Shown piece after piece: positions 28,691-38,431 of a stretch of 64,000 nt of DNA. Position numbers and translations under genes: made by a program. Numbering within the stretch: the stretch's first letter is position 1; every line of letters begins with the position of its first letter. This stretch comes from a virus. Its lineage: Duplodnaviria > Caudoviricetes. The stretch lies in IMG/VR virus record IMGVR_UViG_3300033072_000683, positions 18,751 to 82,750 of that record; one strand, written 5' to 3'. The notes under the pieces were generated by a model that saw only the letters and a program-made list of their open reading frames with translations, made no database searches and was not told the origin of the DNA.

Positions 28691-29356
28691 ATGCAGATAA
28701 TCAATAAGTTCGAATACAAACCACTTCAAAGGACAGAGGGAGAAGGAGGACGTCGCTACATTGTCGGCGAAGGTCGTCCCTTACCTAGTGTCACAACAAT
28801 TCTATCTAAAACCAAAGACATGACCCATATAAAAGAATGGGTTGCAAGAGTTGGTGAAGAAGAAGCAAACAAAATCAAGACAGAAGCCAGCGGTCTCGGC
28901 AATGGCATGCACAAGAATCTAGAAAACTATATTCTTGGCAATGAGATGGGTGGCTCGTTCATGGCTAAGACATTAGCCAATGTAATCATTAAGCATGGGT
29001 TGCCAAAGGTTAATGAAGTATGGGGCACAGAAGTTGCCTTATACGCTAAGGAACTCTATGCTGGCACAACCGACCTTATTGGTGTTCATGATGGTAAACC
29101 ATCTATCATGGACTTTAAGAATAGTCTCCGTGACAAGAAAAAAGAGTGGATCGAAGATTATTTCATGCAATTGGCTGCATATGCAATGGCCCATAACGAA
29201 ATGTATGGTACTGACATTAATCGAGGTGTTGTCATGATTGCAACACGAGAAGCTAAATATCAGGAATTCATTATCGAAGGGGACGAATTTACACATTATC
29301 AAAAGATGTGGGCTGAGAAATTATGCGTCTATTATGATCGATACGGTCGAGACTAA
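28691..29356 (+). CDS. PD-(D/E)XK exonuclease
   Basis: LPSVTTIL, GTTDLIG, IMDFK, QLAAY. Confidence 0.85.
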   Translation: MQIINKFEYKPLQRTEGEGGRRYIVGEGRPLPSVTTILSKTKDMTHIKEWVARVGEEEANKIKTEASGLGNGMHKNLENYILGNEMGGSFMAKTLANVIIKHGLPKVNEVWGTEVALYAKELYAGTTDLIGVHDGKPSIMDFKNSLRDKKKEWIEDYFMQLAAYAMAHNEMYGTDINRGVVMIATREAKYQEFIIEGDEFTHYQKMWAEKLCVYYDRYGRD

Positions 29357-29379
29357 ATAAGTTCACAGAGGGAAAGAAT

Positions 29380-30453
29380 ATGGCAGCACCAGTAGTAGTT
29401 TCAAGAATTCAAAATAGAAGAGGAACACAGGATCAATTTGAAGCATTGTATCCTGCTGAATACATCTCGGCCTCGGGGGCAAGTTCCTCAGGCGTCACTG
29501 TGACAGTTGCATCTACTGTCGGTGTTTATCAATATGCCAAGCCTTTTGTGCAGAGCGGAACAGGACAGTTTGCTCCAGGTACACAGGTTGTTTCTGTCGA
29601 CTCCCCTACACAATTCACTGTTAATCTTCCACCCGTTGTGCCTCTGTCTGGCGCAACAGTTAAAATTTCGAAGTATAACGGTACAGGCGGTTGCCCAATT
29701 TCTGAATATCCTAATATTCTCCTGACCGGTGAATTAGCATTATGCACTGACTCAAAGAGAATGTTTATGGGTAGCGTTAATGGCGAATACATTGAAATTT
29801 CTCCAGCATTTACTGATGGTATTTTCCTTTCGCCGCTAACTGTTACTTTGAATCCTACACCTACATATACAGTTATTCCTCAACTAACATATCAAGCAAC
29901 ACCATTTTTCAATTTGTTGTATGATATTACTGACGTTACAAGTCCGGACTGGAACGTAGTTGGCACAGGTTATTCACGTAGTGGAACTATGAAAATCACT
30001 GCAACAAATGATTTTGTTCCTATTCCTAATCCTCCCTTTCCGCCAATTACTTCTGTGAGTCTAGTCGACGACGGAGTAGATATTAATTTATATTCAATGA
30101 AGGCAGTTTTATCTGCTTCGGTTTCTTCAGGTGCGGTTTCCGGTATTACTGTAATTAGACCCGGCGCCGGATATTTCGGTCCTACACCAAATATTATTAT
30201 TGATCCGCCGCCGGCAGGAACTCAGGCCACAGCAGTACCTACCGTTTCCTCTGGCCAGGTCTCTTCAGTTGGTGTTACACTAGGTGGTTCGGGGTATTCG
30301 ACACCACCTAATGTATATATTGACCCACCGGTTGATATAAACATTAGCTTCACCGCAGCCTATAATGGTGCTAATATTGAAATTTCGTATAAGCACGATT
30401 TTCCGGGCACTCTTACACTAAGTTCAAGCACAATTCGTTGGTTACCTTTCTAA
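29380..30453 (+). CDS. virion structural protein (tail/baseplate-associated)
   Basis: IQNRRGT…LLTGELALCTDSKRMFMG head plus GAGY/GSGY repeats. Confidence 0.65.
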   Translation: MAAPVVVSRIQNRRGTQDQFEALYPAEYISASGASSSGVTVTVASTVGVYQYAKPFVQSGTGQFAPGTQVVSVDSPTQFTVNLPPVVPLSGATVKISKYNGTGGCPISEYPNILLTGELALCTDSKRMFMGSVNGEYIEISPAFTDGIFLSPLTVTLNPTPTYTVIPQLTYQATPFFNLLYDITDVTSPDWNVVGTGYSRSGTMKITATNDFVPIPNPPFPPITSVSLVDDGVDINLYSMKAVLSASVSSGAVSGITVIRPGAGYFGPTPNIIIDPPPAGTQATAVPTVSSGQVSSVGVTLGGSGYSTPPNVYIDPPVDINISFTAAYNGANIEISYKHDFPGTLTLSSSTIRWLPF

Positions 30454-30462
30454 GAGGATAAC

Positions 30463-30900
30463 ATGATTTGGAATGGAGTTTCTAATGAGGAACGCCTTCG
30501 TCTTTGGAAAAATCTAAGAAAAGATATCAAAGATGAGGATTTCCAACAACAGCTTTCAAGTATTGCCAAATTTTATGCGGCAATGCCTTTTGGTGCCAGG
30601 ACGCTAGACTATTACAGTCCTTCGGATTGGCCGACACCGTGGGAAATTTTATTTCACGGTACCTTTTGCAAAAGTTCGATAAGTCTTTTGATCTTCTACA
30701 CAGTCTTGATGGTTGCACCCAATCACAAGTTTGAAATTCATCTTGTTGACGATAATGGCGAAATTTATCTATTGCCGGTATTTGATGACCAGTTTGTTTT
30801 AAACTACGAGTTGGGTGTGGTAAGTAACTATCTAGATATTAAAAAAGATCTTCAAATTCTTCAAGTCTTCCCTCAGGGACGTATAAAAACAATTACATAG
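30463..30900 (+). CDS. hypothetical protein, transglutaminase-like/BTLCP-like fold possible
   Basis: DWPTPWEILFHGTFC resembles the BTLCP W-x-TP-x-E…GDC motif. Confidence 0.45.
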   Translation: MIWNGVSNEERLRLWKNLRKDIKDEDFQQQLSSIAKFYAAMPFGARTLDYYSPSDWPTPWEILFHGTFCKSSISLLIFYTVLMVAPNHKFEIHLVDDNGEIYLLPVFDDQFVLNYELGVVSNYLDIKKDLQILQVFPQGRIKTIT

Positions 30901-30913
30901 AGAGAAAAGTTAT

Positions 30914-33124
30914 ATGGCAAGTAAAGAGATTATGGTAGAAAAGCGTGATGGTACAAAAGAACCATACGATGTTTCTAAAATCAAGAAATCAATTCACATG
31001 GCAGCTGAGGGGCAAGACGTAAATCCACTTGAGCTTGAGTCAAAATTTGATCAATTTCTAAAGAATGGTATTAAGACACGAGACATTCAATTGAATGTTA
31101 TTCAGCATGCTATTCAATTGGCAACACCACAAGCCCCCGATTGGGTGAACGTTGCTGGCCGCGCCCTTGCAATGGATGAATGGGCAAATTTTCCTTTACG
31201 TGGAAAATCTTTTAAGGAAGTAGTACATTATAATGTCGAGAAGGGTTTCTATACAAAAGATCTTCTCGACATTTATTCTGACGACAATCTTGAAGAACTC
31301 GGTGCCGCCATTAAGATGAGCTGTGACCTCGACTATAGCTATGCCAGCCTGATTACTGCAAAGAAGAAGTACCTTGGTAAATTCGAACTGAATCAGCATA
31401 TGCACATGGTAAATGCAATGCGTTTTGGCCAGAACGAGCCGAGCGAGACCAGAATCAAGTTTGTTAAGGAAGTGTATAATGCACTTTCTCAGCGCAAAAT
31501 CTCTCTAGCTACTCCATTCCTTGCGAATCTTCGCAAAGGAGGAAACGTAGCATCCTGCTTCATTATCGCCGTTGAAGATGATATTGATAGCATTTTTGAT
31601 AATGTCAAACGAGTTGCTCTTATTTCTAAGAATGGCGGTGGTTTGGGAATTTTCCTTGGATATCTACGTGCTAAGGGATCCGATGTTAACGGTTACACAA
31701 ACGCTGCTGGAACAGTTGTTCAATGGATTAAGATTCTAAACGATACTCTTGTTGCGGTTAATCAGGGCGGTAAGAGAGCAGGTGCAGGAACAATTGCACT
31801 TCCTATCTGGCATAACGACGTTCTTGACTTCTTGGATATGCAGACAGAACACGGCGACCCAAGAATGAAGGCATATGATATTTTCCCTCAGATCTGTGTC
31901 CCTGATATTTTTATGGAAAGAGATGCAAACAGAGAGCCCTGGGTAACATTCTGCCCGTTTGAGGTAAAGAAGAAGCTCGGCATTGATGTTCGTGGTCTAC
32001 ACGGACAGGCATTTACTGAAGCCTATCTAAGAATTGAAAAGGCGGCCGAAAACGGAACCTTAGCAATTACACGTAAGTTTGATAATGCACGCGATCTAAT
32101 GAAAATCATTATGCGTGTTCAATTCGAAACAGGATTGCCATATATTGCGTTTACAGATACAATCAACGAATACAATCCTAACAAGGGTGACGACAATGGA
32201 CACGTTGGCATTCCGTGCGTAAATCTTTGCACCGAATCCTTCTCTAACGTCAAGCCAGACGAATTGGGTCACGTATGTAATCTAGCCTCCATTGTTCTAG
32301 GTAATATCAAGGATTTCAAGGAGCTAGCGAAGATTTCGTCCTTAACAACAAAAATTCTTGATTATGGGATTAGTTTAACAAATGCGCCTGACAAGATTAC
32401 TGCTGAACACAACAATCGTTATCGCACTATTGGTATTGGTCTACAAGGCCTACACGATCACCTCGCTAGAGAATATCTCAACTTTCGAGACCTGGACTAC
32501 ATCAGAGAAATTGCTGAGTGTGTTGAATACAATGCTGCACTCGCCAGCGTCGAACTCGCCAAGAGATTCGGCTCATTTGGTGCATTCGACAAGTCAGAGT
32601 GGAAAAACGGAAATAGAGTTGCAAAATTCAAAGAGCACGCCTCCGGAAAATACGACTGGGAATTCTTGCAAGAACAAATCAACTTGTACGGAATCAGAAA
32701 CAGTCAATTGACAAGTCCTGCTCCTAATACCAGCACCTCGATTTACATGGATTCGAGCGCAAGCGTTTTACCTGTTTATGATGCATTCTTCTCTGAAGAC
32801 AATAAGAACGGTAAATTGGTTGTTGTTGCTAAGTATCTGAAGGACAATCCTCTGGCATATGGCAAGACATTCCCGAAGCATACCGCTACTGAAATTATTG
32901 ATGTAGTGTCTGAATTGCAGAAGTTCATTGACACCGGTTGCTCTATGGAGTTAATATTTGACCAACGTAAAGAGAACTTTAATGCAAAAGAGCTCTACGA
33001 TGCAATTCATTATGCTCATAAGAAAGGCATCAAGGCAATTTATTACATCAGAGCCATCAAGAAAAACGCAAAGGTTGATGAGCCCATGAAGGCAGAGGAA
33101 AACTGTGTCGCATGTGCAGGATAA
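30914..33124 (+). CDS. nrdA: class Ia ribonucleotide reductase alpha subunit
   Basis: ATP cone VEKRDG, ASCF, NLCTE, PAPNTS, C-terminal CVAC. Confidence 0.95.
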   Translation: MASKEIMVEKRDGTKEPYDVSKIKKSIHMAAEGQDVNPLELESKFDQFLKNGIKTRDIQLNVIQHAIQLATPQAPDWVNVAGRALAMDEWANFPLRGKSFKEVVHYNVEKGFYTKDLLDIYSDDNLEELGAAIKMSCDLDYSYASLITAKKKYLGKFELNQHMHMVNAMRFGQNEPSETRIKFVKEVYNALSQRKISLATPFLANLRKGGNVASCFIIAVEDDIDSIFDNVKRVALISKNGGGLGIFLGYLRAKGSDVNGYTNAAGTVVQWIKILNDTLVAVNQGGKRAGAGTIALPIWHNDVLDFLDMQTEHGDPRMKAYDIFPQICVPDIFMERDANREPWVTFCPFEVKKKLGIDVRGLHGQAFTEAYLRIEKAAENGTLAITRKFDNARDLMKIIMRVQFETGLPYIAFTDTINEYNPNKGDDNGHVGIPCVNLCTESFSNVKPDELGHVCNLASIVLGNIKDFKELAKISSLTTKILDYGISLTNAPDKITAEHNNRYRTIGIGLQGLHDHLAREYLNFRDLDYIREIAECVEYNAALASVELAKRFGSFGAFDKSEWKNGNRVAKFKEHASGKYDWEFLQEQINLYGIRNSQLTSPAPNTSTSIYMDSSASVLPVYDAFFSEDNKNGKLVVVAKYLKDNPLAYGKTFPKHTATEIIDVVSELQKFIDTGCSMELIFDQRKENFNAKELYDAIHYAHKKGIKAIYYIRAIKKNAKVDEPMKAEENCVACAG

Positions 33125-33284
33125 ACAAATAACGAAATTAGTCGTTACAAAAAGATATTGGGATACCCTTACTGAAGAACAGCAGAAAGAAATGCGCGAG
33201 TTCTACAGCGGGTATCCAGGAATGTTCAAATTATACGTCGAGGAAATAGATGACGACCGAACTGACACACAAGAAAGTATTTAA
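33114..33284 (+). CDS. small ORF between nrdA and nrdB (56 aa)
   Basis: GTG-started frame VQDKQITKLVVTKRYWDTL… fills the gap; not in the ORF track. Confidence 0.4.
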   Translation: MQDKQITKLVVTKRYWDTLTEEQQKEMREFYSGYPGMFKLYVEEIDDDRTDTQESI

Positions 33285-34269
33285 TGAATTAGGAGACGAC
33301 TCCACAACAGCACGTAGTCTTATTAATGGTAACGCCACTGGTATTCTTAACCTAAACAGTGTTAAATATCAATGGGCGCCAAAGTTGTATAAGATTATGG
33401 TAAACAACTTCTGGATCCCTGAAAAAATTTCTTTGGTAGATGACAAGGTTACTATCAAGGAACTAACTAAGGACGAAATGGATGCATTTAAGAACACTCT
33501 TTCGTTCTTAATTGCTTTAGATAGTATGCAGGTTGCCAATCTGCCAAATATTGCAGATTATATTACTGCACCCGAAGTTAGTGGTTTGTTTACAATTCAA
33601 GCATTTCAAGAACTGATTCACTCTCAGTCATATCAATATCTTCTACAAGAACTGTTTCCAAACATTGAACGTGAAGATATTTATAACCACTGGAGAAACA
33701 ATCCGTTACTGCTAAAGCGCAATAGATTCATTGCTGGGCAATACCAGAAGTTCAACGACGACAAGTCAATGGAAAACTTCAAGATTGCTATTGCAGCAGA
33801 CTATGCACTTGAAGGCATTTATTTCTATAACGGATTCCAGTTCTTCTATCAGCTGGCGGCTCGCAATAAGGTCGCAAACGTTGCTAAAATGATCAAATAT
33901 ATTGAGAACGACGAGGTAACTCATGTCAATATGTTTGCTAATCTGATTAGAGAAACATTTGATCTGGATAACGCCAGTGATAGACAAATTCTACTCGATA
34001 ACATTGTTGAGGCAGCTGAGCAAGAGATTGAGTGGGGTAAGGAAATTTACGGTGATAGAATTCTCGGAATTTCTCAACAAAGCACAGAGGATTACGTTAA
34101 GTACCTCACAAACCAAAGAACTAAAATTATCGGCCTTGGCACAGTGTACAAGGGTTATACCAAGAACCCATATGAATACCTAAACGCAGAGAAGAGGGAA
34201 AACTTCTTCGAAACTAAGGTAACAGAGTACAGCCGTTCTGAAGCCGTAGACGGATGGGACGATTTCTAA
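33250..34269 (+). CDS. nrdB: ribonucleotide reductase beta subunit
   Basis: FWIPE, QELIHSQSY, LEGIYFYNGF, DEVTH, NFFE. Confidence 0.95.
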   Translation: MTTELTHKKVFNELGDDSTTARSLINGNATGILNLNSVKYQWAPKLYKIMVNNFWIPEKISLVDDKVTIKELTKDEMDAFKNTLSFLIALDSMQVANLPNIADYITAPEVSGLFTIQAFQELIHSQSYQYLLQELFPNIEREDIYNHWRNNPLLLKRNRFIAGQYQKFNDDKSMENFKIAIAADYALEGIYFYNGFQFFYQLAARNKVANVAKMIKYIENDEVTHVNMFANLIRETFDLDNASDRQILLDNIVEAAEQEIEWGKEIYGDRILGISQQSTEDYVKYLTNQRTKIIGLGTVYKGYTKNPYEYLNAEKRENFFETKVTEYSRSEAVDGWDDF

Positions 34270-34580
34270 TGCTACTACAAAAACAGACACTACCATATAT
34301 TCGCGTTTTCAAACTCGTCACAGGTGAAGAAATTATCACCAAGGTGACAGCCGAGGACGAAAAGCAATACACCATCGAAAAACCATTGCAAATGGGTATG
34401 ACGCAGAGAGGCTTGCAATTTGCACCTACTGTGATTATGATGGACCCGGACAAGGCAGTTGATTTGCCTAAGGATAAGGTTGTATTGCAAGGCCCGGCCA
34501 TGCCCGAGGTTGAGAGCCAATACGAATCCATTACCACCGGAATTGCGCTACCACAGAAAAGCTCAATCCTAAAAGCTTAA
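34269..34580 (+). CDS. hypothetical protein, Sm-like fold possible
   Basis: FKLVTGEEII…IEKP pattern. Confidence 0.55.
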   Translation: MLLQKQTLPYIRVFKLVTGEEIITKVTAEDEKQYTIEKPLQMGMTQRGLQFAPTVIMMDPDKAVDLPKDKVVLQGPAMPEVESQYESITTGIALPQKSSILKA

Positions 34581-34597
34581 ACACACAAGGAAAAATC

Positions 34598-34798
34598 ATG
34601 CCAACAAGAACTGCACCAAGAACACCGTACGAAATCAGACTAGAATTGCTACAATTGGCATTCGATGTACTGAAGGCAAAGCATGCAGCAGCAGGCGTTG
34701 CAAACGGTAACAACCAAACAACTTCTCCAACCACTGAAGAAGTTATTGCTGAAGCCGATAAGATGAACGCATTCGTCTCCAAAGCCAATCAGCATTAA
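34598..34798 (+). CDS. small hypothetical protein
   Basis: 66 aa, strong SD. Confidence 0.65.
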   Translation: MPTRTAPRTPYEIRLELLQLAFDVLKAKHAAAGVANGNNQTTSPTTEEVIAEADKMNAFVSKANQH

Positions 34799-34827
34799 TT
34801 GACAATCCGGCTAGGTGTTGCTAATAT
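34799..34827 (+). promoter_or_regulatory. sigma70-type promoter TTGACA-N17-TAATAT
   Basis: Near consensus. Confidence 0.7.
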
Positions 34828-34834
34828 AGCACTG

Positions 34835-35614
34835 ATGCCGGATTCTCACATGCGTAAGATTTTCAAAAGACTCTCCCACTGGTTACATTTCCAACCTCCT
34901 GGTGCGATGACATCAAAGGGGTGGAGACTCTTTAGAAAAGAGTTTCGTGAGAAAGCCCCTATACGTTATTGGATCACCAATGACTTTAGGCACAAGGTTA
35001 CACTTCCGATCCGTTGGAAATACGAGGCAGTGCGAGACTGGATTCGTTACCGTACATACGACAGATACCATGTGGTCAACACAGGATTACCTCCGGGATA
35101 TTACGGTGCGGAAAAGCAATTGTTGCATTCGAGCTTCAATATTCTAAAAGACTTTGTTGAAGTAGAATTAGCTTGGATGCACTATATGTGGTCCGATGAA
35201 AGAAAGAACGCAAGTTGGTGTGAAAAGCATCTTCCGTTCTATCGTTTCTTTAAACCTTTTCGCAGTCGCGAACACGGTCTAGCCCATTTGAATTGGGCTG
35301 CAACACTGGATGACCCAAATCTTCCACCGCACGAAAGATGTGATCATCAGGCAGTAAGTGCAAGAGAGATCAGAGAATTGTACCTCTGGTGGGTCGACAC
35401 AGTTCCTGCAAGAAAAGAAGTTGATGGCGGCACCTACGATCATCAAGGTTGTGATATGGGTCCTCTTGATGACGATTTTAATCACGATGCGGAAGACTAT
35501 AAGAAATTCCGCGAAGCAATGGACGCCAACGAAAAACTATCCGAAGAATGGAACGAAGAGGACACTCAGATGTTCATCCGTTTGGTAAAAGTCAGAGCAC
35601 ATCTATGGACATAA
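34835..35614 (+). CDS. hypothetical Trp-rich protein
   Basis: ORF 34799..35614; true start probably ATG 34835 or 34850. Confidence 0.6.
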   Translation: MPDSHMRKIFKRLSHWLHFQPPGAMTSKGWRLFRKEFREKAPIRYWITNDFRHKVTLPIRWKYEAVRDWIRYRTYDRYHVVNTGLPPGYYGAEKQLLHSSFNILKDFVEVELAWMHYMWSDERKNASWCEKHLPFYRFFKPFRSREHGLAHLNWAATLDDPNLPPHERCDHQAVSAREIRELYLWWVDTVPARKEVDGGTYDHQGCDMGPLDDDFNHDAEDYKKFREAMDANEKLSEEWNEEDTQMFIRLVKVRAHLWT

Positions 35615-35973
35615 GCCTGGAAAAAGATATGAAGGCGGATCCGCAAATTATTTCGCTTTGCGGTGAAGAAGAAGTTGCCAGAGATTTCTACAGGGCATTA
35701 TGTAATATGCGCTGGAGAAAAACTGATTATCGAGCCGAGGATGAGCAAATTATTGATAGGCTCAAAGGTGAGGATCCGGATGTCTGGAGTTGCTCGTGGC
35801 GTTATGCCGGGGGTATAATTGCAGATATACGCAATGACCACCACGGTAAAAACGAAGATTACATGGATTTCTATTGCTCCGGCAATGAAGGTAATGTAAC
35901 CGAATTAGTAGATAAACATTTTGAAAGATTGGGCTGGCAACAGCATCCATGGCCCGATGATGACAGATTATGA
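35605..35973 (+). CDS. hypothetical protein
   Basis: Coupled ORF, MDISLEK start. Confidence 0.6.
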   Translation: MDISLEKDMKADPQIISLCGEEEVARDFYRALCNMRWRKTDYRAEDEQIIDRLKGEDPDVWSCSWRYAGGIIADIRNDHHGKNEDYMDFYCSGNEGNVTELVDKHFERLGWQQHPWPDDDRL

Positions 35974-36737
35974 CACACACATTGGAAAAACATGTTAGAG
36001 ATAATTTTGACGGTATGCTTGTCATTGCTGACCTTCACGGTGACTATGAATCCTATGCTCGTGCTGCAAGCTTTGCCGAAAATAATGGATTATTTCTTCT
36101 CTCGCTTGGTGACTTAGTCGACCGAGGTCCCTCCCCTTTTGAGGTTGTTTCCGACATGCATAGACGCATGGTTGCCGGCACGGCAGGCCTCTGCATCGGT
36201 AATCACGACGATAAGTTCCGCAGATACTATAGAGGTTCGAAGGTAAGCTTCTCGCTTGATGCTCGCAGGACTATGGAGTCGGTGGGCGAAGAGCGTATGA
36301 ATGACTTCCTTAGGATGTACACCGAGATGATCGAAATGCCTGTGCTTTCGGGCATGTATCATATCTTTGGCGACTATATCTTTGTGCATGCTGCAAGCCA
36401 TCCATGCATGTGGGAAAATACAGAACGATTTGGCGATACCGCACGTTCTAGAGCTTTGTTTGGCGAAACAAACGGTGAAACCTACGACGACGGATATCCG
36501 GTACGTTTGTACAATTGGGTTGATGAAATTCCAATAGGTAGAACTGTTGTGGTTGGCCATGACAAAATGGCTGTGTTCAATGTTCCTTTGATGTCTCCGC
36601 TTACTAGGCTAAATGCAAACGGGGGCAAGGCGATCTTTATGGACACAGGTTGCGGTAAGGGCGGTTTCCTTACCGGGGCTGTATTTGTAAATCACAAAGG
36701 AAAATTTCGTCTCGAATCCTTCGAGGAGTTCAAATGA
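35970..36737 (+). CDS. calcineurin-like phosphoesterase, Pnkp phosphatase-domain type
   Basis: DLHG, GDLVDRG, GNHD, HA, ALFGETNGE…GYPVR…W, VVVGH. Confidence 0.85.
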   Translation: MTHTLEKHVRDNFDGMLVIADLHGDYESYARAASFAENNGLFLLSLGDLVDRGPSPFEVVSDMHRRMVAGTAGLCIGNHDDKFRRYYRGSKVSFSLDARRTMESVGEERMNDFLRMYTEMIEMPVLSGMYHIFGDYIFVHAASHPCMWENTERFGDTARSRALFGETNGETYDDGYPVRLYNWVDEIPIGRTVVVGHDKMAVFNVPLMSPLTRLNANGGKAIFMDTGCGKGGFLTGAVFVNHKGKFRLESFEEFK

Positions 36738-37321
36738 TTAAGGGTAAGCTGGAACCGTTTTTTGAAACCGGAACCGAAGGGACCATCTGGTCTGTCTACG
36801 AGGACGGCAAGGAAGGGTATGACGGTCTTCACTGTCTTGAATATGGCGACTTCTTGAGGATCTTCGATCCCGAGGACAACACAAAGGTAATTTGGGAAGG
36901 TCGGATAGATTACGATTGGGACATTAACTTTCGTTCCTATCCGATGAACCCAAAGTACGGCCAACAGGAAGTTCTTGGCTTCTGGGTCCACGGAATTCAA
37001 AAGGATGTTAAGCCTGAAGATTGGGGTACATGGTTCTTTAAGCAATATCCTGCAGAGATGGAAAGATCCAACATTGGTCACTTCTATCCTTTGAAGAGTT
37101 CTAGCATTGCTGCATATTGCTGGAAAGGAGATGGCGGCCTCTACAACGAAGGCACAGCCGGTGACCTTATCGTAAAATTTAAGAACGGTGGATACTACAG
37201 ATACAAGGATGTTCCTCCTAGTGTGTTTTGGGAGTTTGAACGTGCCGAGTCTCACGGAAAGTATTTCTACAAAAACATAAAAGACAAATACGTCACGGAG
37301 AAGATAGAATTAGATGGATAA
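36734..37321 (+). CDS. protein with C-terminal KTSC domain
   Basis: SSSI…LIVKFKNGGYYRYKDVP…AESHGKYF. Confidence 0.75.
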   Translation: MIKGKLEPFFETGTEGTIWSVYEDGKEGYDGLHCLEYGDFLRIFDPEDNTKVIWEGRIDYDWDINFRSYPMNPKYGQQEVLGFWVHGIQKDVKPEDWGTWFFKQYPAEMERSNIGHFYPLKSSSIAAYCWKGDGGLYNEGTAGDLIVKFKNGGYYRYKDVPPSVFWEFERAESHGKYFYKNIKDKYVTEKIELDG

Positions 37322-37745
37322 AGGCATAATTGGTATTACAGCCGGTAGTTTCGACCTAACACACGCCGGCCACTTTCTAATGTTTGAAGAGTGTAAAGGT
37401 CAATGCGATTATCTAATCGTATGCTTACAAACAAACCCCAACCTTGACAGGCCAGATAAAAATATTCCTGTTCAAAGTACACATGAACGCTACCTCCAGG
37501 TTCGTACCTGCAAATATGTGGATGAGGTAGTGGTTTACGAGACTGAGCAAGACCTCTACAATCTGCTTTGTTCTATTAAGTTTGACAAAAGATTCATTGG
37601 TGCCGATTGGGAAGGAAAACCGTACACAGGGTTTGATATTCCGGGAATGGCACAGAAGGTTATATTTAACTCAAGGAATCACGGATTTTCGACAAGTAAT
37701 TTACGCAAGAGGGTATATGAAGCCGAAAGAGCAAAACTTGGATAA
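37314..37745 (+). CDS. glycerol-3-phosphate cytidylyltransferase-like (TagD family)
   Basis: GSFDLTHAGH, ER…KYVDEV, GADW, RNHGFSTS. Confidence 0.88.
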   Translation: MDKGIIGITAGSFDLTHAGHFLMFEECKGQCDYLIVCLQTNPNLDRPDKNIPVQSTHERYLQVRTCKYVDEVVVYETEQDLYNLLCSIKFDKRFIGADWEGKPYTGFDIPGMAQKVIFNSRNHGFSTSNLRKRVYEAERAKLG

Positions 37746-37866
37746 GCCGAAGGGTGTTCCGGAACCTGTAGCAATTCCAGAAGATGAAAACTTTGATGAT
37801 TATCTCGAATGGACTGCTGAGGAAGAAGAAGCATTCCTAAAGATTCTCAACGAAGATAACGAATGA
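37717..37866 (+). CDS. small acidic hypothetical protein
   Basis: 3' part of ORF 37582..37866; start uncertain. Confidence 0.4.
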   Translation: MKPKEQNLDKPKGVPEPVAIPEDENFDDYLEWTAEEEEAFLKILNEDNE

Positions 37867-38006
37867 TTGCTTTCCTACTGATACTATTGGGTCTTTTTCT
37901 TGCACCGATAGTAGCAGCATCGCCTTTCTATTTTTATTACGAACACAAAGATAAAAAGGAAAGAGAAGCCGTGTTGATTGTTCAGAAACTGCGCGGATAT
38001 AAATGA
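37863..38006 (+). CDS. small membrane protein (47 aa)
   Basis: MIAFLLILLGLFLAPIVAA… translated by hand; ATGA overlaps on both sides. Confidence 0.6.
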   Translation: MIAFLLILLGLFLAPIVAASPFYFYYEHKDKKEREAVLIVQKLRGYK

Positions 38007-38347
38007 AGATTCTAAAATTTATTGGTTGGTGGTGGACTAGTCTTGGCACCGTCAATCAATGGGGCATTGGTATATCGTCAACACTGGTGACGTCTCTTAT
38101 CGGAGCATTTCTTTTTGGTCCGAAATTTCTTCTGGCAATTCTATCTCTTGCGCTGATGTTCCTGTTTTGCATAATGATCTATGCAATTTATAGGCTGGTC
38201 GAACAGAAGTGGAGTGAGTACAATCAGTATCTTGATTCTGAGCAACAAGAGGTGGTAGATAGATTGCGCGGATATACAGGCGGTATAGATCCTCCCACTG
38301 CATCGGAGCTTCTTGCAAAAATTCGTAAGCGTCAAGGTAAAGTTTGA
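38003..38347 (+). CDS. two-TM membrane protein
   Basis: Two hydrophobic segments, basic C-terminus. Confidence 0.65.
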   Translation: MKILKFIGWWWTSLGTVNQWGIGISSTLVTSLIGAFLFGPKFLLAILSLALMFLFCIMIYAIYRLVEQKWSEYNQYLDSEQQEVVDRLRGYTGGIDPPTASELLAKIRKRQGKV

Positions 38348-38371
38348 CCTAAAACACACAAGCCTTACACT
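38344..38371 (+). promoter_or_regulatory. sigma70-type promoter TTGACC-N16-TACACT, followed by late-type CTAAATA
   Basis: Upstream of the NMNAT-Nudix gene. Confidence 0.6.
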
Positions 38372-38431
38372 AAAGGCTAAATACTTACAGCAGAGAGACT
38401 GCTAACTTCAATAACTATTTGGGAGCCAAAT

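Noticed and set aside
2061-34269. Introns or inteins in terL, uvsX, uvsW, helicase, nrdA, nrdB
   Set aside because: All are continuous ORFs of ordinary length with no splice-junction or homing-endonuclease motifs.
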